NCBI GenBank assembly: GCA_005878415.1
Contig: VBMM01000029.1
Location: 1 to 33,836, forward strand
Direction of reading: 5' to 3'
DNA: 33,836 nucleotides
Source of the DNA: Methanobacteriota archaeon
GTDB taxonomy: Archaea; Thermoplasmatota; Thermoplasmata; RBG-16-68-12
The notes beneath the pieces are model-generated. The model saw only the letters and a program-made list of their open reading frames with translations. It was not told the origin of the DNA and searched no databases. The stretch's first letter is position 1; every line of letters starts with the position of its first letter. The position numbers and the translations under genes are program-made. This document shows positions 32,818 to 33,836 of the stretch, piece by piece.

Positions 32818-33836
32818 ATGGAAGACGAGTCGGCCGAGCCGCTGGAAAGCGTGCCGGGCGGGGAAGAAGAGTACGAGGACGCGGCCGCGAAGAAGCGCAA
32901 GGGCCCGTTGTTCAAGGTCCTCGTCCTTCTGATCGCGCTCATCGTCGCCGGGGTCGGCGTGTGGTGGTTCGTGTTCTCGAACAGCCCCCCGAAAGCTTCG
33001 TTCTCCTTCTCAACGGTCGACTTCCGCCTCACTGTTGACGCCCGCAACTCGTCGGATCCGGACGGCAACATCGCGACGTATCAGTGGGACTGGGGCGACG
33101 GGTCCGCCGTGACCTCGGGAATCCAACAGGCGCACACCTATGCGAGCGTGAACAACTACACGGTCATCCTGACCGTCACGGACGCGCGCGGAGCGGCAGG
33201 GAGCGCCTCTCAGATTGTCCGACTCCGCGTCTCCGTCACGGCCGATTTCGTCGCGCGCACGGAAAAGATGCATGTGTCGTTCGATGCGTCGAGTTCGTTT
33301 TCGCCGTCGGGAGGCCAGGTCACCGCGTACAGCTGGGACTTCGGCGACGGCTCGTCGACCGGAGCGGGGGAGTTCGTCACACACGACTACGCGACCCCCG
33401 GCCGCTACACCGTCACGCTCACGGCCGCCGACTCGAGGGGACTGACCGGACAGACCTCGCGGCTCGTGAGCCCCGCGGCCGCGACCGTCGACGTCTTGAT
33501 GGACGACTTCTTCTCGGCGGGATGCCCGTACGCCCAGTTCTGGTATCTCCGCTACACGACCTACGGGGACTTCGTGCTCGGAAACCAACCGCCTTGCACG
33601 GACTATTACCCGTGGGTTCTGTTTTCCGCCTCCGTCGCGGACCAGGCGGTGAACCCATCGTGGGTCTATACCTTGTTCCGATGGAGCGCCCTCGTGCGGA
33701 ACCACCCAGGATATAGCGTCCTGGATCCGGTATTCCTCCCCGTCTTCAATGCGTCCGTCGCCCCGGATTCCGGATCGTACATCCAGACGAACCTCACGTT
33801 CCACTACCTGGGCCAGCCCGAGATTGATGCGCTGAA
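32818..33836 (+). CDS. Paralogous membrane-anchored PKD protein (3' end outside the window; absent from the ORF track)
   Basis: My own translation from the ATG at 32818 is open to the window end (339 codons). It reads MEDESAEPLE...KKRKGPLFKVLVLLIALIVAGVGVWWFVF (anchor), then two PKD units (SSDPDGNIATYQWDWGDG and SFSPSGGQVTAYSWDFGDG), then DDFFSAGCPYAQFWYLRYTTYGD...DPVFLPVFNAS, homologous to the domain of the preceding gene. Confidence 0.8.
   Translation, partial: MEDESAEPLESVPGGEEEYEDAAAKKRKGPLFKVLVLLIALIVAGVGVWWFVFSNSPPKASFSFSTVDFRLTVDARNSSDPDGNIATYQWDWGDGSAVTSGIQQAHTYASVNNYTVILTVTDARGAAGSASQIVRLRVSVTADFVARTEKMHVSFDASSSFSPSGGQVTAYSWDFGDGSSTGAGEFVTHDYATPGRYTVTLTAADSRGLTGQTSRLVSPAAATVDVLMDDFFSAGCPYAQFWYLRYTTYGDFVLGNQPPCTDYYPWVLFSASVADQAVNPSWVYTLFRWSALVRNHPGYSVLDPVFLPVFNASVAPDSGSYIQTNLTFHYLGQPEIDAL

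Noticed and set aside
1-33836. Prophage, plasmid or other mobile-element signatures
   Set aside because: No integrase, transposase, capsid or terminase-like sequence, tRNA attachment site or flanking direct repeats were seen. The family-B polymerase has the N-terminal and exonuclease organisation of a cellular replicative enzyme and sits among housekeeping genes.

Overview
This is a GC-rich archaeal chromosomal segment (G+C judged by eye, not computed). The archaeal assignment rests on gene content: aIF2-beta, ribosomal proteins S8e and L15e, SRP19, a family-B DNA polymerase, archaeal phosphopantothenate synthetase, type-2 MetAP and a presenilin-like protease. Lineage cannot be fixed from sequence alone; an aIF2-beta/TRAM fusion hints at a Thermoplasmata-like euryarchaeon. 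I call about 33 protein genes and found no rRNA, tRNA, CRISPR array, transposase or integrase. Most of the window is housekeeping. It also holds one NitT/TauT-type ABC transporter operon, a TauE/SafE exporter and an MFS transporter. Three things stand out. (1) There are three large surface or membrane proteins: a 1102-aa zinc-ribbon/HhH/TM/PEF-CTERM-like protein, and two tandem PKD-repeat paralogs that share an unassigned aromatic-rich domain. The second paralog is missing from the ORF track because it runs off the window. (2) Several gene pairings are not explained by textbook pathways: DUF1611 translationally coupled to phosphopantothenate synthetase, a motif-permuted methyltransferase with a DUF5655-like partner, and a 52-aa zinc-ribbon ORF wedged after polB. 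(3) Five conserved genes carry local lesions. pyrG lacks its P-loop. SRP19 and a saccharopine-dehydrogenase-like gene are frameshifted with missing segments. A ThiI-like gene has lost its PP-loop in frame. rpl15e has lost its ATG behind a decayed 125-nt copy of its own 5' end. These lesions could be real gene decay or assembly artefacts, and read-level data are needed to decide. Many long ORFs in the supplied track are antisense or off-frame artefacts of high GC and were rejected.
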